NCBI GenBank assembly: GCA_001724265.1
Contig: MEDY01000407.1
Span: forward strand, 1 to 44,725
Direction: 5' to 3'
Source: Rhizaria sp. SCN 62-66
Taxonomy: Eukaryota
DNA: 44,725 bases
In this document: positions 1-12,800 of the stretch, one piece after another
How positions within the stretch are numbered: position 1 is the stretch's first letter
Layout: every line of letters starts with the position of its first letter
The notes under the pieces: model-generated
Seen by the model: the letters and a program-made list of their open reading frames with translations, nothing else
What the model was told of the DNA's origin: nothing
Databases searched by the model: none
Position numbers and translations under genes: made by a program

Positions 1-701
1 GTCGAAAAGGTGGTTGAGGCTATCGAAATCGATGGGTTGATGAGGGGTTTTTTGAGTTGTAAAAAAGTGTCTTAGAACCCGGGAAATATATTACTGACTA
101 TGATGTAAGTTTTGACTTTTGTATTCCTCATAAACGTAAAGTGCTTGCACGTGTTCTTCTGTGGACTGTAAGTGTCTCGATGTAAGTGTAAGTGGAGGAG
201 GCAGCATCCACTGCTGCCCCAGTCATCCAACAGCAACACTTATGTCGTCCCCGTCGCAACAAAACACACGCAGGCATCGTGACAGCAAACACAACGTCAC
301 TGGTTAAAAAACTGTTGTGGTTGCTGCTGAAGTTGCTGTTGCTGTTGTTGTTAAGGCTGTTGGTATTACAAGAAAAGAACTCATGAAATAGATTTAGGAA
401 ACAAAATATAACGGAGACAAAGAAAGAAAATGATTAATAAAAACGTATGTTCGTGTGATATTGACTTTTAGGGTGGTGAAAATGAAGCAAAAGGACTAAA
501 ACCTGATTGATTCTTGAGTTTCTTCCTCGCGTGCTCCCACAAGCATCGCACTGCTTTCGCTTTGCTTCTGCTCTGCTCTCACTGTTGTTGCGGTGTAAAA
601 CGCTTCGTTGAAGCGCGCACTCTGCCTTTGCGCGTAGTTTGCCGTTGGCGCTCAGTCCGCTGGAGTACTAGTCGGCATTGGGTACTAGACAGCCAGGGCA
701 C

Positions 702-1358
702 TTAGTCGGCCTTGGTGCCGGTGCTGGCCGTCTCCTCGCGGATCGAGGCGGCGGCGTTGATAGCCTTGCTCTTGAGCGACGCAAAGCCAGACGCAATGTC
801 CTGGCGGAACTCGGAGCGCGTGGCGGAAGCGGCGGCCTGCCCGTCGGCGCGCGCGGCGTCGACCGAGGTCTCGTAGCGCGTCATGAGCGGCTCGATGATG
901 TTGAGGTAGAGGCGCTCGGCGCCGCGGGTCTGCTCCGCGTAGAGCCAAACCAGGAAGAGGGCCTTGAACAGGTAGTAGAAGGGCACCCAGTGGAGCAGGA
1001 TGTCGGTGAGGGACTCGGTGACGTTGAAGCAGGCGTAGACGATCCAGTAGGTGAGCCAGTGCTTGTCATCCTCGAAGCAGTCCGACTTCAGGGCCTTGAA
1101 CGACGCGTACGCCGGGTAGATGAAGCCGATGAGGTTGCACACGGCGTTGGCGCCCAGCCCGAAGAGCGCAAAGAGCGCAAAGAAAAGCGCGGCGCCCAGC
1201 AGCGCGTGCGCGGGGCGGACGCCGGCCTCCTTGACCTTAGTGAAGATCGGGTACGGAGCCAGACGGTTGTCCACGTTGGCGCACAGGGACTCGAACTGCT
1301 GCTTGTACTGGTCCAGAGGCGTCGCAGAGGACGCGGACGCGCCGGAAATAGACGACAT
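702..1358 (-). CDS. YOP1: REEP/DP1/Yop1 (TB2/DP1/HVA22) ER-shaping protein, ~218 aa, single exon
   Basis: ATG at 1358 (MSSISGAS), TAA at 702-704. Family signature: NLIGFIYPAYASFKALKS..DDKHWLTYWIVYA..E..D..L.WVPFYYLFKALFLVWL...T.GAE.LY..II.P. The ORF-track extension upstream of 1358 is pyrimidine-rich leader. Confidence 0.93.
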   Translation of the reverse strand: MSSISGASASSATPLDQYKQQFESLCANVDNRLAPYPIFTKVKEAGVRPAHALLGAALFFALFALFGLGANAVCNLIGFIYPAYASFKALKSDCFEDDKHWLTYWIVYACFNVTESLTDILLHWVPFYYLFKALFLVWLYAEQTRGAERLYLNIIEPLMTRYETSVDAARADGQAAASATRSEFRQDIASGFASLKSKAINAAASIREETASTGTKAD

Positions 1359-2718
1359 CAAGCTGGATGACGTGGCGGGGCAGTGGGACGCCGGAGCAAG
1401 AAGGTGAACGGAAGACGCGCGGGGGCAAGGGGAGTGGAGACGTTGCGGTGGGTGAGGTGGGGATGCATTTATGGGGAGGTAGACGGGGGATGAACAGTGG
1501 GAGATAAAAGAACAAGATGGAAAGAAACAAAAAGGGGATTGTGTGGGATGTCGAGAGGTGGCAGAGAGAAACATGGACGGGAGAAAGCAGGCAAAGGGAC
1601 GCCGTGGGGCCTCGCAATCGCCCCACCACCAACTGCTTCCCCACTTGCGCGCTCTACATCCCAGCACGCGGATGTGCCGTGGGATCAGCAAAAAAAATTA
1701 ACTGTGTTGTAGATCCCCGCGAGAACACGCGCGTTATCAAGCGTAATATTCCGCTGGTCCCTTTGCGTCGTCACGGGAAAGCGCCAACGCCTACGCTCAT
1801 TCGACTTTCTGGCGGTCGCGGTGGCGGCCGCTGGCGCTGGTTTGATTGGCAGCCCAACGGGCGGACGGCCGAGCAGAGTGAGTGACAAGGCGTTTGTGGT
1901 GGGATCAGTTAAATCGCTTTGTCTCAATAAAATCGTTGAGAAATTACTTTGCCATCTAAAAATACGTGTTTTGCTTAGGGTTATATAAGAAAAAGTTTTA
2001 TTTTTACAACAAGTGACGATTAAGCGTGTGTACATGTGTTGTGAAGTTACGATCTTGATTACGTCAGAAGATGTTCAAGGCATGTACAGCGGAATAGACT
2101 GATGAGTTAATCGCGTGCGCGAAGTTTATATACTAAAAAATACGCGTAAAAACAATATGGCAGTACTGCCTGTAGCACGGCAGTTCGGATTATTCACGAA
2201 CAAGGTGAATAATGTGACGTGTCAAGGTGCAAGTATGATGATATCCAAGCATATACGTTGCAGCCAATTGATAATCATAAAAATCCCTCTTCCACGTAAC
2301 TTAAAAAATGATATATTTTGGAACCGCTTTGAGGAGTACTTGTTTGATAGCAGGGTGTGTTGAAATAAGTCGTAGGTTCAAGTGGTCAAAATGTGGTTTG
2401 TGGTCAGATTGGAGCGGCTTAATTTTAGACTGGTTGCACGTCGCGACCCTACTCGAACCCACAAAAACATCGCCATCTCTCGCTGCCGTAACTTTGGCAC
2501 AATATAATTTCACTTATACACGACTATGATGTATACACATCCCATGCTGCGTTCATATCTTGCTTGACGGATGTCTCACTGCCTATCATTCATGTTTCTC
2601 GCTCTCCCCCAGTCTTTCCTCCCCACCACTCCGGCCACCGTTTCGCTCCCAGCTCCCCCCACTCCCGCTTGCCCGCCCGCCCCACTGGCCCCGCCCCCGC
2701 CCCGCTCCCCGCCCCGCG

Positions 2719-3442
2719 ATGACGATCAAGGCGATTCTGGTGATCAACAACCACGGCCAGCCGCGGCTGACGCGCTTCTACGAGGACATCGAGTTCGCTC
2801 AGCAGGCCGAAGTCGTCCGCGACTGCTACCAGGCCGTGTCCAAGCGCCAGGACAGCATCTGCAACTTCCTCGAGGGCGCCACCGCTTGGGGCAGTGATGT
2901 GCGGCTCATTTACCGGCACTATGCGACGCTGTACTTCATTTTTGCCGTAGACACGAGCGAGTCGGAGCTCGGCATCCTCGACCTCATCCAGGCACGTAAC
3001 TCGCTCAATATCCTGCACGTAGACCAACTACCTGGCATTAATCGTTAATTAGTAGATCGCATTATTATTTTCATATCTGATTATATTAGTTTGCATTACT
3101 AGTGTCGAGCATATTCTTTATTTCTTATCTCACTCCATCCTTCTCTCTTACTGTACGCCCCACCGCCCCACTCCGCACACCCGCACTCGGCGCGACCCAA
3201 CTCAGGTGTTCGTCGAGTCGCTGGACAAGTGCTTCGAGAACGTGTGCGAGCTGGACCTGATCTTCCACGTGGACCGCGTGAACCAGGTGCTCGACGAAGT
3301 CGTCATGGCGGGCATGGTTCTCGAGACGTCGCTCAAGGAGATCGTGCGCAACGTCAACGCCAGCGCCAAACACGCCAAGGTCACCAAGGCCGTCGCCTCG
3401 CAGCGCACCGCGATCACCAACAAGGCCGCGCCCAAGCGCTAA
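2719..3442 (+). CDS. AP3S: AP-3 adaptor complex sigma subunit, ~169 aa; exons 2719-2991, 3206-3442
   Basis: MTIKAILVINNHGQPRLTRFY ... ICNFLE ... IYRHYATLYF.F.VD.SESELGILDLIQ|VFVESLDKCFENVCELDLIFH..V..VLDE.VM.GMVLET is the sigma-3 pattern. Ends in TAA. Confidence 0.95.
2992..3205 (+). other. Spliceosomal intron with non-canonical GC donor (GC-AG), 214 nt
   Basis: CAG|GCACGTAAC ... CTCAG|GTGTTC. This junction restores the conserved LDLIQ-VFVE; the nearby GT at 2996 would shift the frame. Confidence 0.85.
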
Positions 3443-3896
3443 GTTAAGCGAGGCCTCAGCAGCCGCGAGAGCTCGGCTAGTCTATGTCAGATTGCGCTTT
3501 GCTGCGCTGTGTGATAGTGGCGTGACGTGCGTCGCTTTCTCTTCTACTCATCTGGAGTGTTATGTAGTTATTCTCATTCTCGTTTGTATGGTTTGTGTTT
3601 GCCCTTTTTCTAGAGTATGTTTTTGTTTTGATCACTCTGTTGCATAAATCATCTGTCGAACTTAATAAAACAACAATGATTCATTCAAAACAGCTTTGTC
3701 GGCAACTCAATTGGGAGGCAATGTTTTAGCAACCTAACACTAGTTATGTTGGAGAAATTAAAGTTATGTGTATTCATTTGCAATATTAAAATGGTAAAAC
3801 TACGTAATATTTCTATATATCACCAGAATCGTACATTCATCCAAGCATTCACTCGTGAATTACGCGCATTTGTTGTTAAGTTTACTCTGTGCTTGT

Positions 3897-6800
3897 TCAA
3901 TGCTTCTTCGCCCCGAACAGATCGTCCAGATTGGGCAAGCCCAACCCCCCGTCGCTCGTGCCAACACACGCCCTCGACTCATAGGCCGCACTGCCAGCAG
4001 GAGCAGCAGCAGCAGCAGTTGTGTTGTTTGCATTGCTGCCCGCATCGCTGCTGTACGCCTCACTGCTAGCTTCAGGCGACGGTGTGATCGTTGCGAAATC
4101 CAGCGCAAGTTCGCTCATTAGCGCCTCGTCGGCCTTCCCCGGCGCGACGCTGGCATTCTTGGTGTTACTCGCACTGGAGTACAGATCCTCGAAGGCAGGC
4201 CGCGCCCCCAGCGCACCGATAGCCCCGGAAAATAAGCCGCCGCCACCGCCGCTCGCGCTCGCACTCTTGGCACTGCTCGCAGCCGCCGCCGTCGACGCCG
4301 GAGACGCCCCCGCATTCTGCCCGTGACCGTGGCCGTGGCCATGGCCGTGACCGTGGTTGTGACCGTGGGCGAAGGCAGACAGCGACGACAACCGCAAGCC
4401 CGACCCGTGGGAGGCGGCGGGCGGGCTCATGCCGACGGTGAGCCCCACGGTCGCGGCGGCGGCCAGCGCGTCCGCCGTGGCCGGATTCGGCGGCAGCAGA
4501 CCGAGAAAGTCGTCCAAACCAGCGCCGCCACCGCCACCGCCGCCGCCGCCGTTGCCGCTCGCACGAGAGCTTGCCCTCTTCGGGTCAGCAGCAGCCGCAG
4601 TAACCGCAGCAGCGGCAGCAGCAGCAGCCGCAGTCTCGGCTGCAATGCTGTTGAGAGCCGAGGTCGGCGTCTTGGTGCGTCTCCTGGCGCCGCTGACGCC
4701 AGCGTTCGTGTGCGAGCGCGTGTCCGGCTGAGAGCTCGTGCTCTTGGCGGTGGCGGCGCGCGCGCCGGCGCGGCTGCGGTCGTTCCGGGCGGGGCTCGAA
4801 CTACGCGTGTCAGCAGCAGCCTCCGCGACAGTGTCAGTCTCTGCCTCATCCGCCTCAGCCTCATCGGCCTCGGCAGCCTCAGCGACGGCGGCAGTGTCGG
4901 CCTCCTCGAGCTCGGCCTCCGTGTCGGCGTCAGCGATCGCGTCCGCCTCGGTCTCAGCTGCGTCGCTCGCTGTGATCATAACCATGTGCCCACCAGTGCC
5001 AGTGCCAGAGTTGGTGTTTCTCCTCGCGCCCGCTCTCGCGCTGGCACTGACCCCGCCTGCGCTGCGGACGCGGCCGCCGACCGCGGCGCTCCGGCCGCCA
5101 CCGCCGCTCTTGCTGCCGCCCGCGCCGGTCGGGGAGACTGCGCCGGCGGGGGCGGGGGCGGGGGCGGGAGCGTTCAAGCCAGCGTTGTTGGCGCTGGCGC
5201 GGGGGCGCGCGCGCAGCAGCCGGTGCGGCGTCGTCGCGGCTGTGCTCGCGGCGCTGCCGTTCGCGCCACCGGGGATGGGGAAGGCGTTCGTCGCGGACGG
5301 CGACAGCGGGGACAGTGGCAGCGCAGACGCGGACACCGACGCAGACACTGAGGCGGGGACGGAGACCGAAGACTCGGGTCGGCTCTTGCAGGGGGCTTGG
5401 AGACCGCCGCCGCCGCCGTCGCCAAGACGGCTAACGCTGCTGCTGTTGCTGTTGCTGCTGCTGTTGTGGGTCTCGCGCTCCTTCGCAGCCGCGACCGCAG
5501 CGGCGACGGCGACCGCGACCGCCGCGTCCGCCTCGGCCTCGGCCGCGGCCTCCGGGTCGACGTCGTCGCCGTCGCCGTCGCCGTCGCTGTCATCGCCAAT
5601 GTCGAAGCTGAACTTGCTGCGGCCACCGCGAGCCTTCGCAGCGACCGCCGCGGCGGCAGCGGCAGCGCGGGCCTCAGCCTCGGCCCGGGCCTTGGCCTCG
5701 GCCTCCGCCGCAGCCGCGGCCGCTGCCGCCGCAGCCGCGGCCTCGGCTTCTGCCCTGGCGCGGGCGCCTGCCTCGGCCGCCGCCGCCGCGGCCTGCGCAG
5801 CCGCGACGTCTGCCTCCGAGTATCCCGCGCAGCGCAGCAACGCGGCGTCGACTCCGCGCGAAGCGAGCAGCGCGCCGCGCACCGCAGGGCTGAAGACGGC
5901 TCCCGCCAGCACGGAGTCGCTGCTCATCACCGACGGTGCCATGGAGCTGCTACCGCTGCTGCCGCTGTTGTTGCTGCTATTGCCGTTCGAGTCGCGAAGC
6001 AGGGCCGAGGCGAGGGCGACCTCGACGCCCGCCGCTGCCTCTGCGGCGGCGACGGCGGCGGCGGCGGCCGGGGACAGCCGCGGCCGGCGCCCGCCGCCCC
6101 GCACGGCAGCGCCGCCGCCGCCGCAGCCACTGCCACTGCTGCTGACGGCGCTGTCGCCAGTGGCGGCCGCGGCCCAGCGGCTGCGGACGGCGCCCGCGGC
6201 GGGCGTGTTGAGCGTGCTGCCGTGCGCTGCGTTGCTGTGTGGGCCAGAGCCAGCGCTCGCGCTTGTGGTGGGGCCGTGCAGGGGCGAGGCGGCGACCGAG
6301 GCCGAGGCGGAGGCTGAGGCTGAGGCAGAAGCGGAGGCGTGGTGATTGTTCGCGTCCACGGTGAGGCCGCGGTCGGCATCAGCGCTCTCGTCCTTGTAGT
6401 CGTCAGCAGTAGCAACAGCTGCCGCAACACTGGCGTCGGCGGCGTCAAGCTCGATCCGCAGCGCTGCCGGCGCCGGCGCAGTGTCGGTGTTGCTCGCGCC
6501 GGCACTGACGCGGTCGCTCGCGGCCGCGTCGGCGCTGGCGATGACCAGCTGCAGCCGCTGCAGGGCGGCCAGCTCCAGCGCGCGCGCCGCCGCAGCCGCA
6601 GCCTCGGCCTCTGCCGCCTCCTCGTCTTCCTCGGCAGCGGGGTTCCCGTCGTTGCGCGCGGCAGCGGCGGCAGCGTCGTCGTCATCATCGCCGCTGCTGA
6701 TGGGACTCTTATCGCTCTCGCTGTGCTTACCAGCAGCTCCCTTGGCGTTCTTCCTCCCGTTCGCCGAGCGCGCGCCGTCACCGGCCCCGTTGCTGGCGCC

Positions 6801-9800
6801 CGCGCCCGCACCCGCGGCGGCGACGCCAAGGTCGTCCTCGCAGTCGTCGTCGCCGCCGGTGCCGCGCGCGCGCAGCAGCAGCCGCCGCGCCGGCGCGGCG
6901 CCCGCGGCAGCCCTCGCGGCGCGCGCCTGCGTGGCCTGCGCGGCCGCGACGGCCGCGGCGCGCGCGCGCAGCGCGGCGGCGAGTCTGTCGCGCGTGACGG
7001 CGACCACGGTGGCAACTGCCGCGAGCGACGACGCGTGCGGCGCCAGCGCCGGGTGCGCGCGCAGCGAGAAGAGCGCCGCCGTCGCCGCCGGGACCAGCGC
7101 GCCGTCGGCGTCGGCTTCGGTCTCGGCGTCGGTCTCAGTCGCCGTCTCGGGAGTGGCCTCGGTCGCTGCCGCAGTCGAAGGCTTGTCGCTCTCTTTGGCG
7201 CGAGGGCTAGCGCTCGCGTGGGAGTGTGCGGTGGCGCTGGGAGCGCTGCCGAGCACTGCGGCGGCGCCCTCAACGGCGGCCAGCGCGACCGTGAGCGCGG
7301 CGAGACGGGCCTGCAGGGCGGAAGTTACAATATCAATGAAGAGGGTACAGCAAAATAAAGCATGTGTGAGAATTTTGATATAGAAATAAATAAAATACGT
7401 CAATATACAGATAAATATTCCATGGATATTTCGTGATGTTAAGAAATACAGAAAGGATTCTTTGTTATATTTTCTGTCCCGTCGTACCTGAGGCGAGGGG
7501 TCCGCGGCGGCCGCGTCGAGCGCCTCGATGGCCGCCGTCAGGCGTAACCGCAGCAGCCGCCCGCGCGCGCGCAGCGACACGGCCGCCACGCCCGGGCGCT
7601 GCCCCGCGCCCAGCGCCGCCGCGGACGCGCTCGAGAGCGCCAGGGGCGGGCCGGCGGCCCCACGGGCACTGCTGCTGCTGCCGTGGCTGCCGAGGCTGCC
7701 GCTGTAGGCGCTCGCGTTCGTGTTGTTGCCCGCGAAGCCGGAGGAGGAGATGGGGCCGAACGCGCTCGCCGCGGCCGCAGTGACGGGGGCCAGCGCCGCC
7801 GCCTCCGCGAGCAGCGCCGCGGCCTCAGCCTCGGCGCGCGCGGCCGTGGCGGCCTCGGCCGCGGCGGCCGCGGCTTCTTGGACCGCGGCGGCGGCCGCGG
7901 CGGCCTCGGCGGCGGCCGCGGCCTCGGCCTCCGCGCGGTAGTAGTAGTGCGCGCTCGCAGCGGCGCCCGCCGGTACAGGCGCGCGCGCACTGGCGGTGAC
8001 GTCAGCGTCGGTGTCGGAGCTGCCGCCCGAGAACGGGGCGGCGACTGGGGACGCGACGGTGAAAGCCGCGGTGGGCGACATCGTGCCAACGGTGCTCACG
8101 CTGACGCCGCCGGGGCCGCCGCCGCTGACGCTGCCGCCGCCGGGCGTCGGGGGCGGGGCCAGGCCAAGGAGCGCCAGCGCCGCGAGCTTCACGCCGCTGG
8201 CGACGCCGCTGGCGGACCGCTGCGGCCGCTGAGCAGCGGCGGAGCCAGCGACAGTGGCAGCGGCAGCGGTAGAGCCAGCGGAAGCGCTGGTGTCGGAGTC
8301 GTCTGCGTCTCTGATGTTGATCGCAAAGCCCGCGCGACTGCCACTGCTGCTGGAGTCGGTGAGGAGGCCGCCGCGCGAGTCTCCGGGGCCCCCGGGACGC
8401 GCGCTGTGCACCCCACGCGCGCCTGCAGCGGCGTAGCCCAAGAATGGGCTGTTGCCGCTGCTGCCGCCGCCCTCGGCGCCGGCGTCTCCCGCCCCAGCCG
8501 CGGTCGTGGCCGCCGCCGTGGCTGCAGTGACGGTGGCGGTGGCGGCGGCGGCGGCCTCGGCCTCGGCCGCGGCGGCCCCCCGCTCGACCACGGCGGCGAG
8601 CGTGGCGACGCGGCGCAAGTACTGCGTGAGCGCGAAGAGCCGCGCCGCCTCGCCCTCGAACGTCGTGCGCACAGTCTGCACCGCGGGGCCCGCCAAGGGG
8701 CCGGCGAGGGAGGCGCGGGAGCTCTGTGGGCGGAGAGGCGAGCGAGCGTGCTGCAGCTGCGACTGGGACTGCTGCTGGGTGAGCGTGAGGGCGAGCGCGT
8801 GCACAGACGCCGAGGAGCCCAGCCGGGGCGCGCGGTCCGCCTCGTGGTGGCGCGCCGCAGCGGCATCGTCGTCGTCGTCGCCGTAGTCGTCGATGTTGTC
8901 GTCGTTGTTGTGGTCCGACTCTGGCTCAGGCTCGGGATCGGGCTCCGACACCTGTATGTCATCGTCCTCGAGGTCGTTGTCGCCGTTGCTGACACCATCG
9001 TCGTCGTCGTCGTCGTCAGGCAGTGCGAGCGCCTCATCATCATTGGCAGCAACCGCGGCGCCACCAGCCGCAGTCTCAGCGGCGGAGTCGTGGGTCTCGC
9101 CGACAGCAATATGCTTGCTCTTAGACTTGCTCTTAGACTTGGTCTGTTTAGCTTTGACGGGGCTCGCACCGTGGCTGCCGTCCTGCTGCTGCTGATGATG
9201 CTGCTGCTGCTTCCTTACCGTCGGCTTGGCAGCGCCCGCGAGCTCCGGCGGCACCGAGGCCACGATGAGCGCCAGCGAAGAAGACGACGGCGACGACAAC
9301 GAGGGTGACGAGGGTGACTGCTTTTGCGCCTGAGCCGATGGCTGCTGCTGCGCCTGCACCTGTGCCTGTGAACGCAGCTGCAGCTGGTAATGCCGCCGCA
9401 GCGCCGCCGCGGCCGCAGCAGACGCCTTGGCGCCGCTATCGCCCTCCTTCCCAGTCGCAGCATTCGCCGCACTAGCGCCCTCGGCAGCGCTGCCGTCTGT
9501 GTCGACGGCGCCGCCCGCCGCGAGCCTGGCCAGCGCGACGGGATCTTCCGGCCTGAGCGGGTCGACGCGCCGCCACAGCCCCAGCCGGCGCGCACGCTCG
9601 GCCGCGGGGAGCCCGGCGGCATCGGCGAGCTCCAGGCGCACGGGCCGCAGCGCGCGCGCCTGCGCCTGCTGCTGCTGGTCCTGCAGCTGGAGCTGGCGCT
9701 GAAGCTCCAGCCGCGGCGACAGCGGCGCGGGCCCCGGCGCGCCGCCCCTCGGCTTCAGCGGCGGCGGCGTCTGCATGCTGCTGACGCGCGCTCTCATCGT

Positions 9801-12800
9801 TCGCGACGGATTTGTGGTCGCTGTTATTGCTGCCGCTGCGGCTGTCTGTGTTGACCGCGAGCGCAGCGCGCGAGTGCTGTTTGATCAGCGCGCGCGCCTG
9901 CAGCGGCCCCAGCGAGTGCGCCGAATGCGCCGCGACGGCCGCGCGCGCCGCAGCCGCAGCCGCCGCGGCCTCGGCCTCGGCCTCCGCGGCCGCGCGCCGC
10001 CTCGCGCCGCCGCCAGCGTTCACATTCGCGCCAGCGTTGTTGTCGCCGGCAGCGGCCGTGTCGCCGGCAGCGGCTGCGTCGGCGGCGACGGCGGCGACGG
10101 CGGCCGCAACGTCGGGGTCTGGCGCCAGCCCCAGCAGCTGCAGCTGCCTTTGCTGCGCGGCGGCCGCGGCGGCCGCGGCGGCGGCCTTAGCGGCGGAGGC
10201 GGCGGCGCGCGCGCGCTCCTGGCGCTGCTGCTGCTGTTCGAGCCGCGCTGTCTCGCTCTCCAGCCCAAGTAGCAGCGCGCGCAACGCCGGCAGCGCTGTG
10301 GACGCGGACAGCGCCGCCGCCGCCGCCGTCTCGGGCGGCTCCCGGCCCAGCACAGCCTGAGCCTTGGCCTGGGCTTCGGCGTTGGCGGCCTCGGCCGCGG
10401 CCTCAGCACCGGCCGCGGCCGTGTCGTCGCCTGACGCGGCGGCGGCGGCAGCGGCCTCCGCGGCTGCTGCCTCGGCAGCGGCGGCCTCCTGCTCGGCGGC
10501 CAGAACGGCAGCCTCGGCGGCGGCGTCCTCGGCGGCCTCCGCGGCAGCGGCAGCAGCAGCGGCGGCCGCGGCGGCCGCGGCGGCGGCGACAGCCTCGGGG
10601 CTCAGTGTCAGGTGCGCGTCGCCGAACGCTCTGCCAACGCTGTTGCGGCTGCCGCTGCTGCTGCCGGCGGGGCCGCCCCCGCCGCTCAGCCGCGTTGCGC
10701 CCAGTGCCGGCGACAGCCGCGGGCTCAGCCGCGGGCTCAACCGCGGAGGCTGCGACCGCGGGCTCAGGTGCGACGACGGAGGCTGCGACGGCGGCTGCGA
10801 CGAGGGCTGTGACGAGGGCTGTGGCGAGGGCATACGCAGAGGGACGATCTTCGCGTCATTCACGCTGCTGCGATCGGGCTCACCGTCGTCGACGTCGATC
10901 TCGCTCTCGGTCGCACTCGCGCCCGCGCGGTCGCTCTCGCTGCCGCTGCCGTCGCTCTCATCCCCGTCGCCGTCCCCGCGGCGGCGGCGGCGGCGGCGGA
11001 CCTGCGCGAGCGTGCGCGCCCAGAGCCCGCCGAGCGCGTGCCGCGCCAGCAGCCGTCGCCGGTACTCGGCCTCGCTCTGCCGGAACACAACACCATGAGT
11101 ACCGCCTGCGCTGACGCCGACACTGGTGCCGACGCCGGGGCCGCTGATGACGCGCGCGGCAGGCTTGATGGGCGGGATAGCCTGGCTCGGCCTGGCTGCG
11201 CTCGGACTGAGGGCTGCGCTTGCTGCCGCTGCGGGCGCTTGGGCAGCGGCAGCGGGCACCGTCTTAGCGTGGCCGCCGCTTGTCTCGGCGCTCGTAGCCT
11301 CAGCCTCAACAGCTTCGATCGCAGCCTCCGCCCAGGCTCCAGCCTCCGCCTCGCTGCGCTTGCGGGTGGCGCGACGGTAGTGGCTGCGGTCGAGCTCGCT
11401 GTAGATGCTCTCAGCCGCGGCGCGCGAGGCCTCCTGCTGCGCGCTCAGCGAATCCGCAAGCTTGGAGAAGTAGTCCAGATACCCCACCAGCGCGCGGGGC
11501 GCGTCCGGCCGTGCGGACCACGAGCCGTCCTCGGTCCCGGTCTCAGCCGCAGCCGCGGTCTCAGTCTCGGCCTCCACATCAGCATCCGCATCAGCGCCAG
11601 TCTCAGCCACAGCCGCAGTGGCAGCGCAGTGAGCGGCCACGGTGGCGGCGTTGACGTCCGCCGCGGCGCGGCGCTCCAGCTCGTCGTCGGCCTCGGCCAC
11701 GGCGTCGAGCACGGCCACCGACACAGCCCCGCCTTGCTGCTGCTGCTGTAGCTGTTGTGCCTCGAGCTTGGGGCTGCGGCCGGAGCCGGGGCTCGCAGTG
11801 CCGCTTTCAGTAGGGCCGGCGGGGGCGCCGGCGGGGCCGAGCCCTGGGCTCAGGCGCGGACTAACGCCCCCCTGGCTAAAGCTGGGGCTGAGGCCCGTGG
11901 GGCTCAAGGGCGCGGTGACCGTGAGCAGTCCGACGCGGCGCACGCGCACGCCTGCGGCAGCACCAGCGGCAGCGCGGCCGTTGCCGTCGCCGTTGCCGGT
12001 GTCGGTGTCGCCGTCGTTGTCGTTGTAATCATCGTAGTCGTCATAGTCATCGCTGTAGTTGTAGCCTCTAATGAGTCCGCGAACGTCAGCGTTGTCGCTG
12101 GCGTCGAAGTTATTATTGCCTCTCAAAGCCTTCTTGCTGCGCGCTGCGCCGCGCACATTGGCGTACTCTTCCTCGTCGTCACCGCTGTCAACACGCATCG
12201 CGTCTGCAAAGGCGCGGCGCCGCATGTCCCCGAGCGCGCGCGCCAGCAAAGTCAAGCCGCCTGAGCCGGCAGCGCCAGCGACAGCACCCACAGCATCCGC
12301 GCCAGAGGCGGCGGCGGCGGTGGCGGCGGCGTCGGCGGCGGCGGCGGCGCGGCGGTAGCGGCGGTAGCAGCGCGCGAAGGTCGCGAACGTCGGTCTCCGT
12401 AACAGCGGCTGTCCCGCCGCAGCAGCAGGAAGAGGAGCCGCAGCGCCGCCGTTGCGGCGGTCAGGGCCGCGCTCGCGGCGGCGCGTGACTGCGCGCAGCA
12501 GCAGCGCGAGCAGCGGGTGCGCGGCCGCCAGCGCCGCCGCCGCGGCCACGGCCGCCGCCACGACCCCCGCACCCGCGCCCTGGCTCTGGCTGATACTCGC
12601 GCTCGCGCTGAAAGAGCTGTGGATGCGCAAGAGCAGCGGCGGCAGCGGGGGCAGCGGCTCGCCAAGGCGCGCGAGGCCCTTGGCAATGTCCAGAACGCTG
12701 AGCAAGCTGCCTTCTTTAGCCGCGTCGCCGCGAGCACGAACGAGCTTGCCGCGCTTGTTCGCGCCGCTGTGGGCGCTGCCGCCGCCGGCGTCGTCGTCAG

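Noticed and set aside
100-390. TGTAAGT x4 and a CTG/TTG-rich ORF 192-386
   Set aside because: Short simple repeats in AT-rich non-coding DNA; the ORF lacks an ATG and host-like codon usage.
9790-9860. Micro-intron explaining the frameshift
   Set aside because: No GTAC-type donor, and the GT..AG pairs I tried do not give the required frame.
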